From contig LSRY02000043.1 in NCBI GenBank assembly GCA_001643675.2, positions 186,001 to 250,000 of the forward strand: a stretch of DNA of 64,000 bases, given 5' to 3'. Positions 26,501 to 40,070 of the stretch are shown here, piece by piece. A program made the position numbers and the translations under genes. The stretch's first letter is position 1. Each line of letters starts with the position of its first letter. This DNA comes from Monocercomonoides exilis PA203. Its lineage: Eukaryota; Protista; Preaxostyla. The notes under the pieces were generated by a model. It saw only the letters and a list, made by a program, of their open reading frames with translations. It searched no databases and was not told where the DNA came from.

Positions 26501-29500
26501 CACGAGGTGGAGAGGCTTGAGGAGAGGTGGAAGGAGAGAGAGAGGAAGAAGGAGGGAAAGGAGGAGAAGCAGCAGCCTTCTGTTTCTGTGTGAGCTGCTC
26601 TTGTGCAGCGAGAAGGAGGCAGAGAATGTGGAGAGCAAACACTCTGCCTAAGGGAGTCATTGTGGCTGGGGCTGAGAAGGAGATGAGTGCAGACGCTTTG
26701 GCTTTTGATGAAGAAGACATAATGGAAGAAGAAGAAGATGAGGAAGAGGATGATGAATCTTTCCCACTTTGTTCAGCTTCTTTCTCTTCGTCCATTCTTT
26801 CCAGTGCTCTTCTGTGTTGCGCCTCAGAAAACAGACACGAGGCGACGATGTTGAATGCAGCAGGCACATCCTGCAGAAGCAGCGAAGGAGCAACAGTGTC
26901 CATCACACACACTGAATGGAGGGCAAACAGGACAGCAAAGCGGACACAGCGAGACGGGCGCATACGTGTCTCAGGCAGAGCAGGAATCGCCAGCAGCTCC
27001 ATCGCATTCACAAAGAAGTATGGATGCCGTGCACAGAGCTTGGCATTTGTTGGGTCAACGTAGCAGAAGTGGCCGATGCACGAGGCAGCGAGGAAGCAGC
27101 GCTCTTCTGAAGGAGACAGGAAAGAGGGGACAGAAGAAGAGGAAAGGGAAGAATGAGACTCCATCGGCAGCTGCAGCAGGGATATCAGAATGGGAAAGAG
27201 CTTGGCGTCTCTCACCTGCACGAATGAGAATCCTCTTTTGCCCAGTTCATGCACTGTGTGCAGGGCAATCAGGAAAGAGCCAGCCGAAAAGCCGTGTGGC
27301 TGCGGGGCGCGTGCGAGTGTGTTGGCAAAGGAGAGTCCAGCAGACACCTTCACAGTGAGTGCCAACTTGTCTGAATGCGAATAGAAGCGGTTCCCACCCA
27401 AATCGCACTTGTTCTTCACGAATATGCCTCGCCCTGCCTCGAAGTTCAGCGCAATCAGCTGGAATAGGAAACAGAGTGTTTCTGGAGTGGGTGGAGGGAC
27501 TGAGGCCGATGGCTGTTTTAGAGCGCCTTTTGCTCTGTTTGCACCAACGATGCGTGTGTGTGCAGCATGGCGCTTGAGTGACTGGATGAGCTGAGACAGC
27601 TGCGGAGTGAGGGAGAGCGCACTCACTGGATTCTGCTGGGTGAATAAGAAGGACGTGGAAGGAGCAATAGACGAGTTTGTGGCTGTTCTGCTGTTGTCAT
27701 TCTTGTGCTGCTCGTCATACAGCATCACATACAGCTTGCTGTTGCTGTCTGGCTTTGTGTGCACTGCCTGGAATGTGGCTGAGGAAGGCGTCTCCAGCTG
27801 ACTTACGTCAGTTCCTGAGGAAATGAGCTGCAGTGTCCCTTCATCGACACCTGCTCTGCCTTGGTCAGATTTTTCTGTGAGAACAAACAAAAGGCGGGCG
27901 ATTTCTGTGCGGAAGGGCAGAGAAGAGAGGGGAGAGCGCAAGAGAGAGGAAATAAGCTGCACAGACTGAGGGATGGCCAGAAAGGCTGCCGTGATCTCTT
28001 CTCTCGTCGCCATCGTCTGCCCATCGCCCACAAACGAGGCAGAACAAGAAAAACAAGAGGAATATGTGGCCGTCTGTGTCTTCTTCCCTTCTCCTCCACT
28101 CAGCAACACTCTCAGCACTTCAGTTAAAACTCTCTCTTTCTCAGAAATAGAGCCAACAGCACGCTTCGCCTCGCTTGTCTGCTGGGAAGAGGTCTGCATG
28201 CCCAGACTGATGTAATACGAGGCCAGAGAAGAGAGGGTGCCCACATAATCAGAGAGGCAGTTGATGAAGTGCCTGGCAAGATCAGTCAGTGTGGGTGGGG
28301 CGGTGGCAACGGAGACAGTGGATGAGGGAGGGAAGGAGAAGGAGGAGACGAACTCACGTCCGGGATCGACAGTGAGGAGGGTGATAAGTGAGGCAGAGAA
28401 TGGAGCTGTTGATTGAAGATGAATATATATAAATATTTGGAATGAATGAAAAAGAATATAAAATGAATGAATTTTTAAAAAAAATATGCAATTATTTTTC
28501 GAAAAATATACGCAAATAAAGCACAAAGCATAATAAATAGAATATTAACAAATCATAGCATACTTGATCTTGTAGCTTCTCTGATGACATTTTCAGCCTG
28601 GTTTCTCACCTGCTGTGCTATTGACCTCATTCCATTGGTGATGCTCTCACCCAAAATTGAAGTCATCATAGAGAAAGATGATGCAGCCAGCGAACCAATA
28701 GAAGAAGAAGAAGAAGAAGGTGATGATGATGATGATGCAGTTAAAGCATTCGCCTGCTGTCTCATCCTCCTCATCTGCTGCCTCGCAATCATCAGCTTCT
28801 CTTTCCTTCTCCCCGCCTTTGCAAACGTGATCAGAGCCACTTTCATTATGAACTTCTTCCCTCCTCTCTGAATCATTGCACACCTGTCCCTCATCGCCCA
28901 CTCAAACAGCCACTCATGTGCCCACTCTGCTCCTCCCCCTCTTTTCGAATTCCAAAGCGCTTTCTCGTCTTCCTCATCACTCTCAGCCATCAAGCTCTCC
29001 TTCATCGCAATCACTGCTTTGTCTGCCCGGCTCTTCATCAGCAGCGCCAGCGTCTTCTCATCTGTCAGCTCTCTCAGCGCTCTTATCGCATAATACTCAA
29101 CCCATTTGGCTGTGGGCAGTGGAGGCAGCTTGTCCACAATGGTCTGTTTGATAGGCAGACGATTATCTGAAGGCGATGGAGTGGATGAGGAGGAGGCAGA
29201 ATCTTCATCGAGAATAACAGCACCATTTCTTGGAGAAATCAATGAGGAAGATGAAGATGAGGAAGAAGACGCTGAAGAGGAGGATGAGGAGGAAGAAGAA
29301 GAGAAGAGCATATCTGATGGAATGTCAGAAGACGATGCCACAGCTGCTGTTGGGTCCATCTGTGACTCTTCCATTGCTCTGTTGAGAGCTTCCTCTTCGC
29401 TCGTTAACTCCTCCTTCTTCTCTGCCTCGTTCTGCATTCTGTCTCTCTCTTCATACCCAACAGGCTCTTCGTCATTCATCGCCAGCATCACCTCCACTGG

Positions 29501-32500
29501 CAGTGGCGGATCAACCTCACTTGCCCCTTCTGCTGAATCACCCGAAAACAGAGAAGGAGTCAACGAAGGTGTGGCAGAAGCAGAGTGAGGAGGACTACGC
29601 AAAGGTAAAGACAAAAGCTTTCCTTTGTTCTTTTTCAGCGACAGAGCAGCTCCTCCAACAGACAGAATGCGGAGGATGGTGTTGAACACACCTGCTGCTG
29701 CAAGTCTTTCTCTGAAGCGTGCTGAGATGTGTGCCACATTCGCCACAAACAGAAGAATGTTTGCAAGGTCTGAGCCAACATGCTCACACAACAAAGCATT
29801 GATGAGATGAGGCAGAGGAACAAAACGAGTGGCAGAGGAGGATAAATCCACACCCAGTGCCGACGCTGCCATGTAGATAGATTGAGTGCATTTGGACTGA
29901 GGAGGAAGCTGAATAACATCGACTGATGCCACAAGATGTGCTACTCGTCTGTCCTGCTTCACAAACAGCGCAATGGCACGAGCTGCGTGGATGGCTGAGG
30001 GTGTTGGCTGGGCAGAGGAGAAAGGCGCCTGGCGGGTGTTGGAAAGAGAAGGAGGCTGTGTCAGATTGGCAGGAGGAGCATTCCATGCAAGCAAGAGAAT
30101 CAGCTTGTGGAGGAATGGTGTGCGTTGAATCGAATCGAAGGGAAGGGAAGAAAAGTTTGCAGGGAGAGGAGAAGGAGGAGCTAATAAGTCCCTCACTCCC
30201 AGCCCCAGTTCAGCAAAGCAGGACAAACAAGCAGCTGTCAGCGCAGTCACCCGCTGTGAGTGGTTGGAAGGGTCAAGAAGCTTCAAGAGAGAAGTGAAGG
30301 TGTATCCATACATCTTCACTGCCAGCATGTCACAGACTCTGTTGAACTTCACTCCGTTGTATTCAAGCATCTTCCCGCTGGTTGTGGTGCGCATCATCTT
30401 CGACGACGGCTTTGCGTGGATTGTCGACAGAAACACCACAAAGAACTGGCACGAGCGGAAGATAATCTCATCTGGCGTTGACCGCAGCCCCGCACTCACC
30501 CACTCAATGCCCCTCAATGCATCCAAAGACATACGCTCAACAGGCCCTCGCCTCGCAATAGCAATCGAAATATCCAGCACCCTCGTCTGCAGTGCTGTGT
30601 TGGCTATCCCCAACAGAGGCAGAATCTGCGGGAGTGCTGCCTGGATTGTCTCGTAGCTGAGTGCTGTCTGTGCAAAGAGTGTCAAAAGACCAGCAGCAAG
30701 TGTGCGGTCGATGTCGGAGTACTTCCGCATGTGCGCCTCGTTCAGCAGCGCCGGAAATACCTGCTCCCACAATGCCCAGTATTTGTCTGGTGGATGTGTC
30801 TGAGACAGCCTCAGGAGAGCCAAGATGGTGGCATGCTGGATGGTTGGCTCAGACACCTGCAGACACTCAATCATCCACTCTGTCCCTTTCAAGTCTGGGT
30901 CTAACAGAACATCTTCTCCTGCCAGAAACACCAAAAGCACGTCAATTGCTGCTTTTCTCAGCAGCTCCTGCTTCGACGAGACGGCTGCAGCTATCACGTA
31001 GAGGCATCCCTTCACAGTCACAGACACATCATGGCGCAGATTGTAGCGTGTCTTCAGCATTGCTCCCAGTGTCTTCATGACTGCATAGCTCTTCATCGGG
31101 CACTTTTCACTGTCCTTTGCCAAGTTCTCGAGGAAGAGGAAGTTCATCAGCTGCATCAGAGAGGAATTCTTCTTGTCTTCCTTCACAAAGGATGAGTTGA
31201 CGATCTCTTCGAATATCACACTCCTTGCACGGGCAGTGGTGATTGGCAGAGGAAACAGCCTCGAACTTACTCTTTCTGTCTCTTTGAACCCGACACGTGT
31301 TGAGGGCTTAGCCAGCACTAAGGAAGGCTCCGGGGGAAGGAGAGAGAGGAGAGGGTAGGCAGAATAGAGAGAGAGACGGAGGATGTGGAGAGAAGGCTCC
31401 AGAGAAGAAGAGCAGAGGATGGAGAGATAGTCAGCAGCAGCAGCAGCCTCGGAGGAGGTGAGGGAGGTTATCTGCGGATAGGGAAGGACTCCAAATAGAA
31501 GGCTGTTCTCAGAAAGAGAAGAAGAAGAAGAAGAGGAGGAGGAGGAAGAGGAGGATGAAGAAGGAACTAATTCCATCCCATCTCCACCAATCACACTCAG
31601 AATCTCCTGTGTCCCTTTCATCTGAGCCTGCTGCTTCACAAACGAGGCGAAGAAGAAAGGATTTTCGTCAATCAACTTCTGCCTCCTCTCTTCTTCAGTT
31701 GCCTCGCAGTCCAACAGCTCAGCGTCTCTGACTGTCTTCCACAGCAGAGAAGCATCCAGAACAGAGTGGAAGAAGCGGCGGAGGAAAGGGATGGTGATGA
31801 ACGAGCGGATGATTGGTAAGGAGAGGAGACGGCGGACAAGAATGGCACATTCACGGAGGAAGAGGAGAGGGAAGAGGGAAGAGACACCAGAAGAGGAGGT
31901 GATGAAGGCGAGGGAAGGGAGAGAAGAAAGAGAAGAGGTGGAATAAATGGATGAAGATTGCTTCAGGTGAGAGAAAGAAGAAAGGCTGTTTGAAGCAGAT
32001 TTTGGCAATGGAACTGATGGACGCTTGGGAGGAGGGGTGGAAGGGGCAGAAAGAGGAGCCAATGGCAATAAGGAATTAGAAGAGCCAATAGATTTGCGTT
32101 TGGAAGAGGAAGAGGAAGAGGAAGAGGAAGAGGAAGAGGAAGAAGAAGAGGAGGAGGAGGAGGAAGAAGAAGAAGCAGAAGCAGAAGGAGGAGGAGGAGG
32201 GCAACAAGGAGGAAGAGAAGCAGTAGAGGAAGAAGGAGACATGGCAGGTGATTGGGTGATGCAAGAGGCATTGGAAGAGGTAGAGATTGGAGAGCTCTGT
32301 TGGAAGAGAGGGAAAGCAGAAGGAGAAGAGAAGCAGAAAGGGTTGAAAGCGGAGGAGGCGAAGACTTCGTTGATGAAGGAGAAGACGGTTGGGAAGGAAG
32401 GGTAAGTGACAGCGGCGGTATGGATGCTGCTGGGAGATGACTGAGAAGAGGAAGGATGGCAGCAGAAGAGAATGCTGAGCAAGTGGAAGAGCACATGGAG

Positions 32501-35384
32501 CCAATAGACAACATTGCTGGAGACTTCAGAATGAGTCAGGGATTCGCTCAGGAATGTGATGAAGAAGGAGAGGCGGCAGGGAACAACCATTGGAAGCTCT
32601 TTCTCCAACAGCTGGAACAAGTTTGGGGGAGAAGAAGGGAGTGAAGAAGAAGAAGATGATGAGGCTGATGATGACATTCGTTCATCTGTAAGCCCCCAAT
32701 CAATTTCTTCCCTTTCTCCTCTTCCTCCTTCTTTCTTCTCTTCTCTTTCTTTCCTTTCTTTCCTTTCCTTCCTCTCCTTCCTCTGCTGCATCCTTCTCTC
32801 TTCTCCCCTCACCCACTCAGCCACTTGATGGCTGTCTTCCACTGGAATCGTCTCCAACCTCGCCAGCTGCAGAATACGAGGCAAGGGAGTGTTATTCAAA
32901 CACCATGTGAATGAGGAAGGTGTCACTGATGCTGCAGGAGATGCAGGCAATGAGAGAGAAGAAAAGGAAGAAGAAGAAGCATTTTGCGTGTTTTTCAGAG
33001 AGCCATCCTGTGTTCTGCTTGAAGCACCTGCAAATGATGGAGAAATGGGTCTTCCAGGGCTGCTGGGGAGAGAGTAGCGAGAAGAAGATAAGGAGGAAGA
33101 GGAAGAGGAAGAGGAAGAGGAAGAGGAAGAAGAAGAAGAAGAAGAAGCAGAAGCAGAAGGAGAGAAAGAAGGAGAAGGTACACTGCCTCTGCCTGGAATA
33201 GCAGGCTGTGTGGCTGAGAGAGAATAGCCCTGCTGCATCTGATGCTGCTGATGCTGCTGTTGTTGAGACAAACTTCCTAATTGTTGGGACTTTGCCAGTG
33301 AATAATCAGCATTTGGAGTGGAAGCAGAGAATGAAGATGAATTCATGCTCATATTCACATTCATGTTAGTATTACTGTAATTGTTACTGTTCATCTGATA
33401 AGCTGTCTGAGGCAGCTGGTCAGCCACATAATGCACCGTGAGTGTTCTCAGTGCCTCGTGTGCGATTTCTCTATGGACAGCATCAAACTTGGTGGATAAG
33501 ACAGACAGGAATATAAACCGCTCATTGGCACCAAACACCACATTCCCTGTGTCTGTCAGCTGATACTGCCTTTCCCCTCTCTCTTGCTCTGTGTCACTCA
33601 TGTTTATTCCTCTGCTCTCTAATTGAGATGATTGAGATGACTGAGATGAAATAGAATACATCTCCTGATTCTTAGCCAGTTGCATTCGAGTGGCTGTGTG
33701 GATGTTCTCCAGCTGCGACAGAAGAAGGAGGAAGTCGAAGATGGTGAAGGGATGGCGAGAGGGAGAAGAACTCATTGAAAGAGAGGAAGAAGAAGAGGAA
33801 GAAGAAGAGGAAGAAGAAAAAGAAGAAGGCAAAGAAGATACAGGCAGTGTTAGAGGCACCCCAACAGCTGTTCTGTCGAGGAAGTAGTCAGAAGAAGAAG
33901 CGAAGAAGGAGATGAAAGAGAGGAGGGAGGTGCAGAGGGTGCAGTAGTCAGTCTCAGACATCAGGAGAAGAGAACGCACAACAGAGGGAAGATGGCCACT
34001 TGCAGACATTGGAAGAGAAGAGAAGGAAGAAGAAGAAGAAGAAGAAGAAGAAGAAGATGATGATGATGATGATGAATTCTTTGAAGGCAGCTGAGGAGGA
34101 GCGTGGCGAGGCTCATTTGGGAGACGGTTGATCACTTTGTCTATTGCAATGCATCCTCTTCCACAGAGCATAACCTCACAGACAAGGGCAATGAATGGAG
34201 AATAGACATCTTCGAAGGAATAAGGAGTGGAGGGACGACGGAAGAGGGTGGCTCCAATTGTGGAGAGAGAAGAAGAAGAAGAAGAAGAAGAGGAAGAGGA
34301 AGAGGAGGAAGAGGCTGATGATAATGAAGGAGAAGAAGAAGAATAAGAAGAACCAGAAGCAGAGGCAGAAGAGAAAGGGAGGGCAGGAAGAGCAGGAGAT
34401 GTGTGCAGCGCAGCAGAAGAGAGATTTTGGATGAGGACGTTTGGGAGGGTGTGGCGAATGAGGAATGGGTAGATGGAAGAGAGGGAAGAAGAAGAGAGCA
34501 AGATGGTTGTGGTGGAAGGGGGAGCATCGAAAGGGTTGAGGCAGAAGGAGGAAGGAGGGATGATGTAGGAGGAAGAGCGCATGAGGCTGAGGGTGGCGAT
34601 TTTGATGAGGGAAGGAGAATGAGTGATGAAGAAAGGGTGGAGAAGAAAGGCAATGGGGGAAGACAGCTGAGGCTTGTCGAAGAGAGAAGAAGAAGAGGAG
34701 AGGATGGGGATGATGTTGGTGCGCTTGAGAAGAGAGTGGATGATGAGAGAGCAGAGAAGAGAGGCCACACGAGGATGGATGGGAAGAGCAGAAGCAGAAG
34801 CAGAAGCAGAAGCAGAAGCAGAAGAAGAAGAAGAAGAAGAAGAAGAAGAAGATGATGATGATGATGATAAAGAGGATGAAGAAGATGAGGCAAAAGATGC
34901 TTGAGGAGGAAATGCAGACGAAGGGAGATGAGGTTGGATGGCAGTTTTGAAGATCCAAGGAAGCAAAGCAGTGAATGCACTTCTCTTCGAAAACTGCTGG
35001 AGGGTCTGGCAGAGCAAAGAGGAAGACTGATACATCTGAGCAGAAGAGGTGAGGACAGTGTCATCATCAGCAGCGGCCCTTTCTCGTTCAGCAGCTAAGG
35101 CGAGCTTGATGGAGGTGTCGTCAGCAGCAGAGAAGGCGAAGGAGAGGAGGAGAAGAGCAGAGACAGGCTCGATGTTCATCAGGACGGCGGTGGAGCAGAG
35201 GGAGAGGAAGGAAGGGAGGAGAGGAGAGGAAGGGAGGGCAGAGAGGAAAGAGAAGGCAGAGTCTGAGGAGAGAGAAAGAGGAGATGATGAAGAAATGGAA
35301 GGAGATGATGAGGTAGAAGAAGAAAGCGAGGAAGAAGAAGAGGAGGACGCATAAAGAGAAGAGGAAGAGGAAGAAGAAGAAGAC

Positions 35385-35416
<32 letters not shown>

Positions 35417-36737
35417 CGACGACGATGAAGAAGAAGAAGAAGAAGGTGCTTGTTGACTTGTCGTAGCAGATTGAGAAGGGAGTGATTGGTGGAGAAGAGA
35501 AGACAGCTCAGACGAGAACAATGCCTGCATCACCATCAGTGTGGAGACCTGGTCAATAGAAGAGGAAGAGGAAGAGGAAGAAGATGATGATGATGATGAA
35601 GTGTTCGAGGAAGAGCTTGAAGAAGAGGAAGAGGAAGAGGAAGAGGAAGAAGAGGACGATGACTGGAATGTGGCAAGAGAGGCAGATACAGAAGGTGGAA
35701 GAGGGGCTGAGGGCTCAGACGTCAGGGCAGTTAAAAAGGATGAGCGAGTTGACGCAGCCGAAAACACATCGTCTTCTATTTCTTCTTCGCGTGTTGCCTC
35801 AAATGAAGATGCAGACATCATCTGTTGCGTGAAGGAATCAGACTCTGAGTCACTTCCCATAGTGCTTTTGCTATGATCGTTATCCAAACGCAATCCATCA
35901 GCTAGCTGGGACATGATAGAATTCACACCAATAGGAAGCTTAGCACTGTAATCGTAGGAATGTCTCATGGGCCATTCAAAAGACTCGATCTTATTTCTTG
36001 ATTCGAATGATTTTTTCCCTAATCCTTTTTCATTTTCAATTAAAGTTTTCACGCGCCGAGACGAATTTCCAGAGGAAAAGGAAAGTCTAAGCTGGGTAGC
36101 TTTCACTTCATTTTTTATTAATGTTTTTCGTTCAGAATCCGATAAAGATGTTTGATCGTGTGATGGTCTAAAATCTGTTGCATATAACGAGACTCTAACA
36201 AAGTAGTGAATTGCTCTAATTGCATTTGAAATCATTTCACGACTATGGCACGACAATGCAAGATGAATTATATGGGATAACCGCGATGTTGGCCTTATAT
36301 CAGAATATGGAGCTTTGAAAAAATTTTTAAAAGATAACAATATTTCCATTTAAAATTTAAACTTTAACCAAAGGCATACAGCAAGCATAAACAACATAGC
36401 ATGTTGGGCAAATATGTTTCATTGTTTTCTGAGAATTCACAAAACTGTTCTTCAAGCAGCTAATAAATATTTGAGGAAAAAATTTGCAACTAAAAGCTCC
36501 AATAAAAAAAGTTTCATACTTTTCACAAATTTGTCTATTACAAACAGCGCAAGGCTTTGAAATATTTTTTTTTGTCACTTTAAAATTACATGTTGGACAT
36601 TCATTTTCGCTTTGATTTGGCTCGTAAAATGGAAGAAATGGAGTTACTATCTTTCCAACAGTCTGGCGTAAATTAGGTTCATTCATTGATGCAGTGTGTC
36701 CTCTCGAGGATCCGAAAATAGTAACTTTACAAGGCAA
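23528..36737 (-). CDS. Giant multi-exon protein (~4,200 aa): N-terminal FYVE-like Cys8 zinc finger followed by ARM/HEAT-like helical repeats with many poly-Ser insertions; true start may lie further upstream
   Basis: Phase-compatible GT-AG introns at 36460..36519, 36313..36379, 28406..28563, 25276..25371, 24919..25036 and 23626..23772 link five track ORFs and a final exon ending in TAA at 23528. The spliced N-terminus has CPTC/CAVC/CENC/CPTC. ARM-like segments include ENTLWIIANAA, AATCALSNLL and EGGIPLLLELLSS. Confidence 0.78.
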
Positions 36738-37279
36738 CTACCAATAAAAGATAGCTCGAAAAGTGTAAAGGTAAAGTTGATCTTTTTTATTTGTGAAATT
36801 CATCAAAAAACCACAATTAATAATAAAAGACAAACGACCAAATTCAGTTCACTTTTTTATGTGGCAAAATTGATGAATCCAATTTTAATTCTATCAAATA
36901 TCATTTATGAAAATAAAAAAAAGTTCAAAAAAATTGATAATCAGTATTCTACTCTCACAACGATCTTTTCTATTTAATAATTTGGAAAGGATTTTTATTT
37001 TCAAGTGTTTCCGTTTTTTTATATACAAAACCATAACCATCTTTTTTTGTTCACCCATTTTCACTTTCATAAAAATAGAAAAGTGTGATCCAATTTGAAA
37101 AACAAATAAAGAAATGAAAGCATTCACTTCAACATATTTTATTCACAAAGATAAAATCCCCTAATTTAATTTGTCAAATACATATATTATGGTAAGATCA
37201 AACGTTTTTCAATGTGGAATTCGAAGTGATTAATTTATAAGAAAAGTTCTGATCTCATTTTCAAAATTTTTGTAATTTA

Positions 37280-37649
37280 ATGTCAGAAGAAGCAGATAAA
37301 ACCAAAACTGAATACTTGAACGTTCGTGTCAGAAGTGCAACAGGAGGTAAATATTTACATTTTGAAAGATGAAAATTAACTTAAATTGTTCGTTTTTAAC
37401 ATATTTCAAATTTAAATAATTATTCCAAACAAATTAATAATTTCAGAGGAAGTTTATTTCAAAATTAAAAGAAGCACACCTTTAAAGAAGTTGATGGCTG
37501 CTTATTGTTCTCGTGAAAATCTTATTCCAAGCTCTGTTAGATTCATGCTTGACGGAACACGTGTTAATCCAACAGACACTCCTGAGAAGTTGGATATGGA
37601 AGATGGAGATATGATTGATGCAGAAGTTGAACAAACTGGTGGATGTTAA
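37280..37649 (+). CDS. SUMO: SUMO (small ubiquitin-like modifier)
   Basis: Two exons (intron 37347..37446) give MSEEADKTKTEYLNVRVRSATGEEVYFKIKRSTPLKKLMAAYCSRENLIPSSVRFMLDGTRVNPTDTPEKLDMEDGDMIDAEVEQTGGC*, with classic SUMO motifs and QTGG. Confidence 0.96.
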
Positions 37650-38399
37650 GAATTTTTCTCTTTAAGTTTCGTGGCTTATCCACGTTAATTCTTTCATCTC
37701 ACTTTCTCATTCTTTAAAATATCCTTTCATAAAAAATGTGAATTATTCTTCTTTTATTCTTTATTAAAAAATTTTGACTGGAAAAATGTGAAAGAAAAAA
37801 AGTGTTATTGAATCCTTATTTCCATCTGCATAAAAAAGAAAAATGTTCTATTTAATTTTCTGTTAAACATTTTAAAAATATAATTCGAGTTAATTTTTAA
37901 ATGGATAATAATTAAGTTAAAGGTCTGGCGTTACCACACTCACAAATATTTATTGGTATTTTTCTCAGAATTATGAGATTTTAGTTTGTTGAGCCGCCAA
38001 GAATTGATCAACAAAAATAACTTAGAAAATAATTAAAAAAATAAAAGGAAATGACTGTTGAGAATACCATTGTATCTTTTTAACGTGTGGGATTCGACAA
38101 AGAGCGGAAAGGAATATGGATTGCTGATTGTTGCAATTCAAAATTGAAAGAAAATATTGTGAAGAAGATCAGAAAAGAAAGAAAATGAGATGACGCGCTG
38201 TTTTTAACATATTGGCTGTATCATATTAACCTCTTTTATCCTATTTCTTTTTCTTCCTCATCATCAACAAAAAAAACCCTATTTTTAATGTTCACTTTAT
38301 TTTATCAAATTTATTTATTTTTTTGATAACTTCATCAATTTTGATTTTAAATTCTTTGAAAAATGTCAAATTTTCAAATCAGGCAAAGATGTTCCCTGT

Positions 38400-40070
38400 T
38401 TCTCCTTCTTCGGACTTGTCAACCGTTTTATTCAAAGAAATATAGAAAATTATAGAAAATTAAATGACATTTGGAGAATAGTATTCATAAATCAAAATGG
38501 CTGATGGAGATGACGAATGAGCAAGAATTTTTTTTTCAAACAAATCAATAGAGGTTTCAATTTATTCAATGAAAATTTTTGGTGATAAAGTCGAAATTAG
38601 CATGATTTTCCTTTGTTTATTGCTTTGTTTAACTTTAATGAAATGGTGAAAAATAAAAATCAATAAAAACCTCAAACATTTTCAAAATTGTGAAATTGCA
38701 AAACACGAATAATGTCATTTCCAAACAATATAATATTTCGCATTTTATTTTTTCAAATATCTCCACTTTGGCAACCTTTCTTTTCGCTTCGAGAATTTTG
38801 AGTGAATGCTTTTGTTTTGATAAAAGCAAAGTCGCAAAATAAAATTCCAAGCAATATCGAATTGTTTAATCTTTTAAAGTTGATTGTTTCATTTCCTTCA
38901 TCATTAGGTCAATAGCTTTTCCTTTCAACAAATTGTCAGCTGTTAAGGCTCCGCGCATAGCTGCACCTCTTAAAAGTTCAATGCATTTATCTCTAATCGC
39001 TGGGCAGTAATCCTTTGCTGCTTGAAATACGTTCGCAATGCTTCTGACAATCAAACCTGTTTCTTCATTCAAACATCTTATCACATATATGAAAGTTAGC
39101 AAGATGTCGAACCATCTCATTAAAGCAATCTCTTCTTTTGGTTCGGTTCTTCTCTTTTCTTTCTTCTCTTCTTTTCTCTTCCAATCCACATGTTTCATCA
39201 GCTCTTCCAATTCTCTTGCTGACTCTCTTGCGAAATGCAGCTTAATTGTAGCAAACTCCAAACCTTCATCCGTACGTAATCTATCTTTCAAAAATTGCCA
39301 AACACACTGATATACAAGATGAGTGAGATTTCGATGTTCCCGGTGATGCTTGATAATCTCTATGACCTCATTGAAATATAATTCTCTTTTTATTTTCTAT
39401 TTTTCAATTTGCAAATTCATCAATAAATCAAATATAAAACTCAACAAATCAAAGGGAAAAAAATGACAAACTTCATATTTTATACGGTTTAAAGAAAGAT
39501 GAGCTATTTCCACATCTTTTCGTACATTATCGCTTTCCTCCTTGTTTAAAGCATCCTTCAAAAGACAAGATACACAAATTGTATGTAATTCTTCTGATGC
39601 ATTCGAGCAAAGAAGAAGATAGCATTCACAAAGGTCGACAAGTATCTTTTCATTCCTTCAATTTTTTCTTCTCATATTCATCAATAATCATCTTCTCAAA
39701 ATCTTTACCCAGCACAGAATAGCAAAATGCATTGGACCAAAATCCTCTCAATACAATGCAATATCCAACGCTTTTTAGCAACAAAAGTGCATTTTTCAGT
39801 GAAAGTTTCTTTTCTTTTTTCATTATATAAATTTTCTCCAATAATTCTTTCATAAAAACAGAATAAAAATCTTTAATGTCCATTTTGGCCATAATCGCAT
39901 TAACTTCTTTGATTTTCTGTTCCTGCTCAGCTTCATTGTGTTGTTCCAGTTCGACTAACAATTTTTCATAAGTTACAAAAATCACATTAAAGCATACATA
40001 AGAAAAAGAAAAATATGCAAACTTGAAATGCTTTCAGTAAGAAATATTTCTTAAACTCCATTGTCACAAT
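38400..40070 (-). pseudogene. Frameshifted copy of a lineage-specific multicopy helical-repeat family
   Basis: Fragments 39650..39985 and 38866..39291 plus intervening pieces (LVDLCECYLLL, ICVSCLLKDALNKEES, LTHLVYQCVWQFL) lie in different frames with stops. Matches my recollection of a hyper-expanded Monocercomonoides family. Confidence 0.65.

Noticed and set aside
28584-36155. Many antisense and alternate-frame ORFs rich in E, K, R, L or F overlapping the giant genes
   Set aside because: Shadows of GAA/TTC tracts and stop-poor GC-richer exons; no independent motifs. The same applies to 15661..21192 and 41369..47579.
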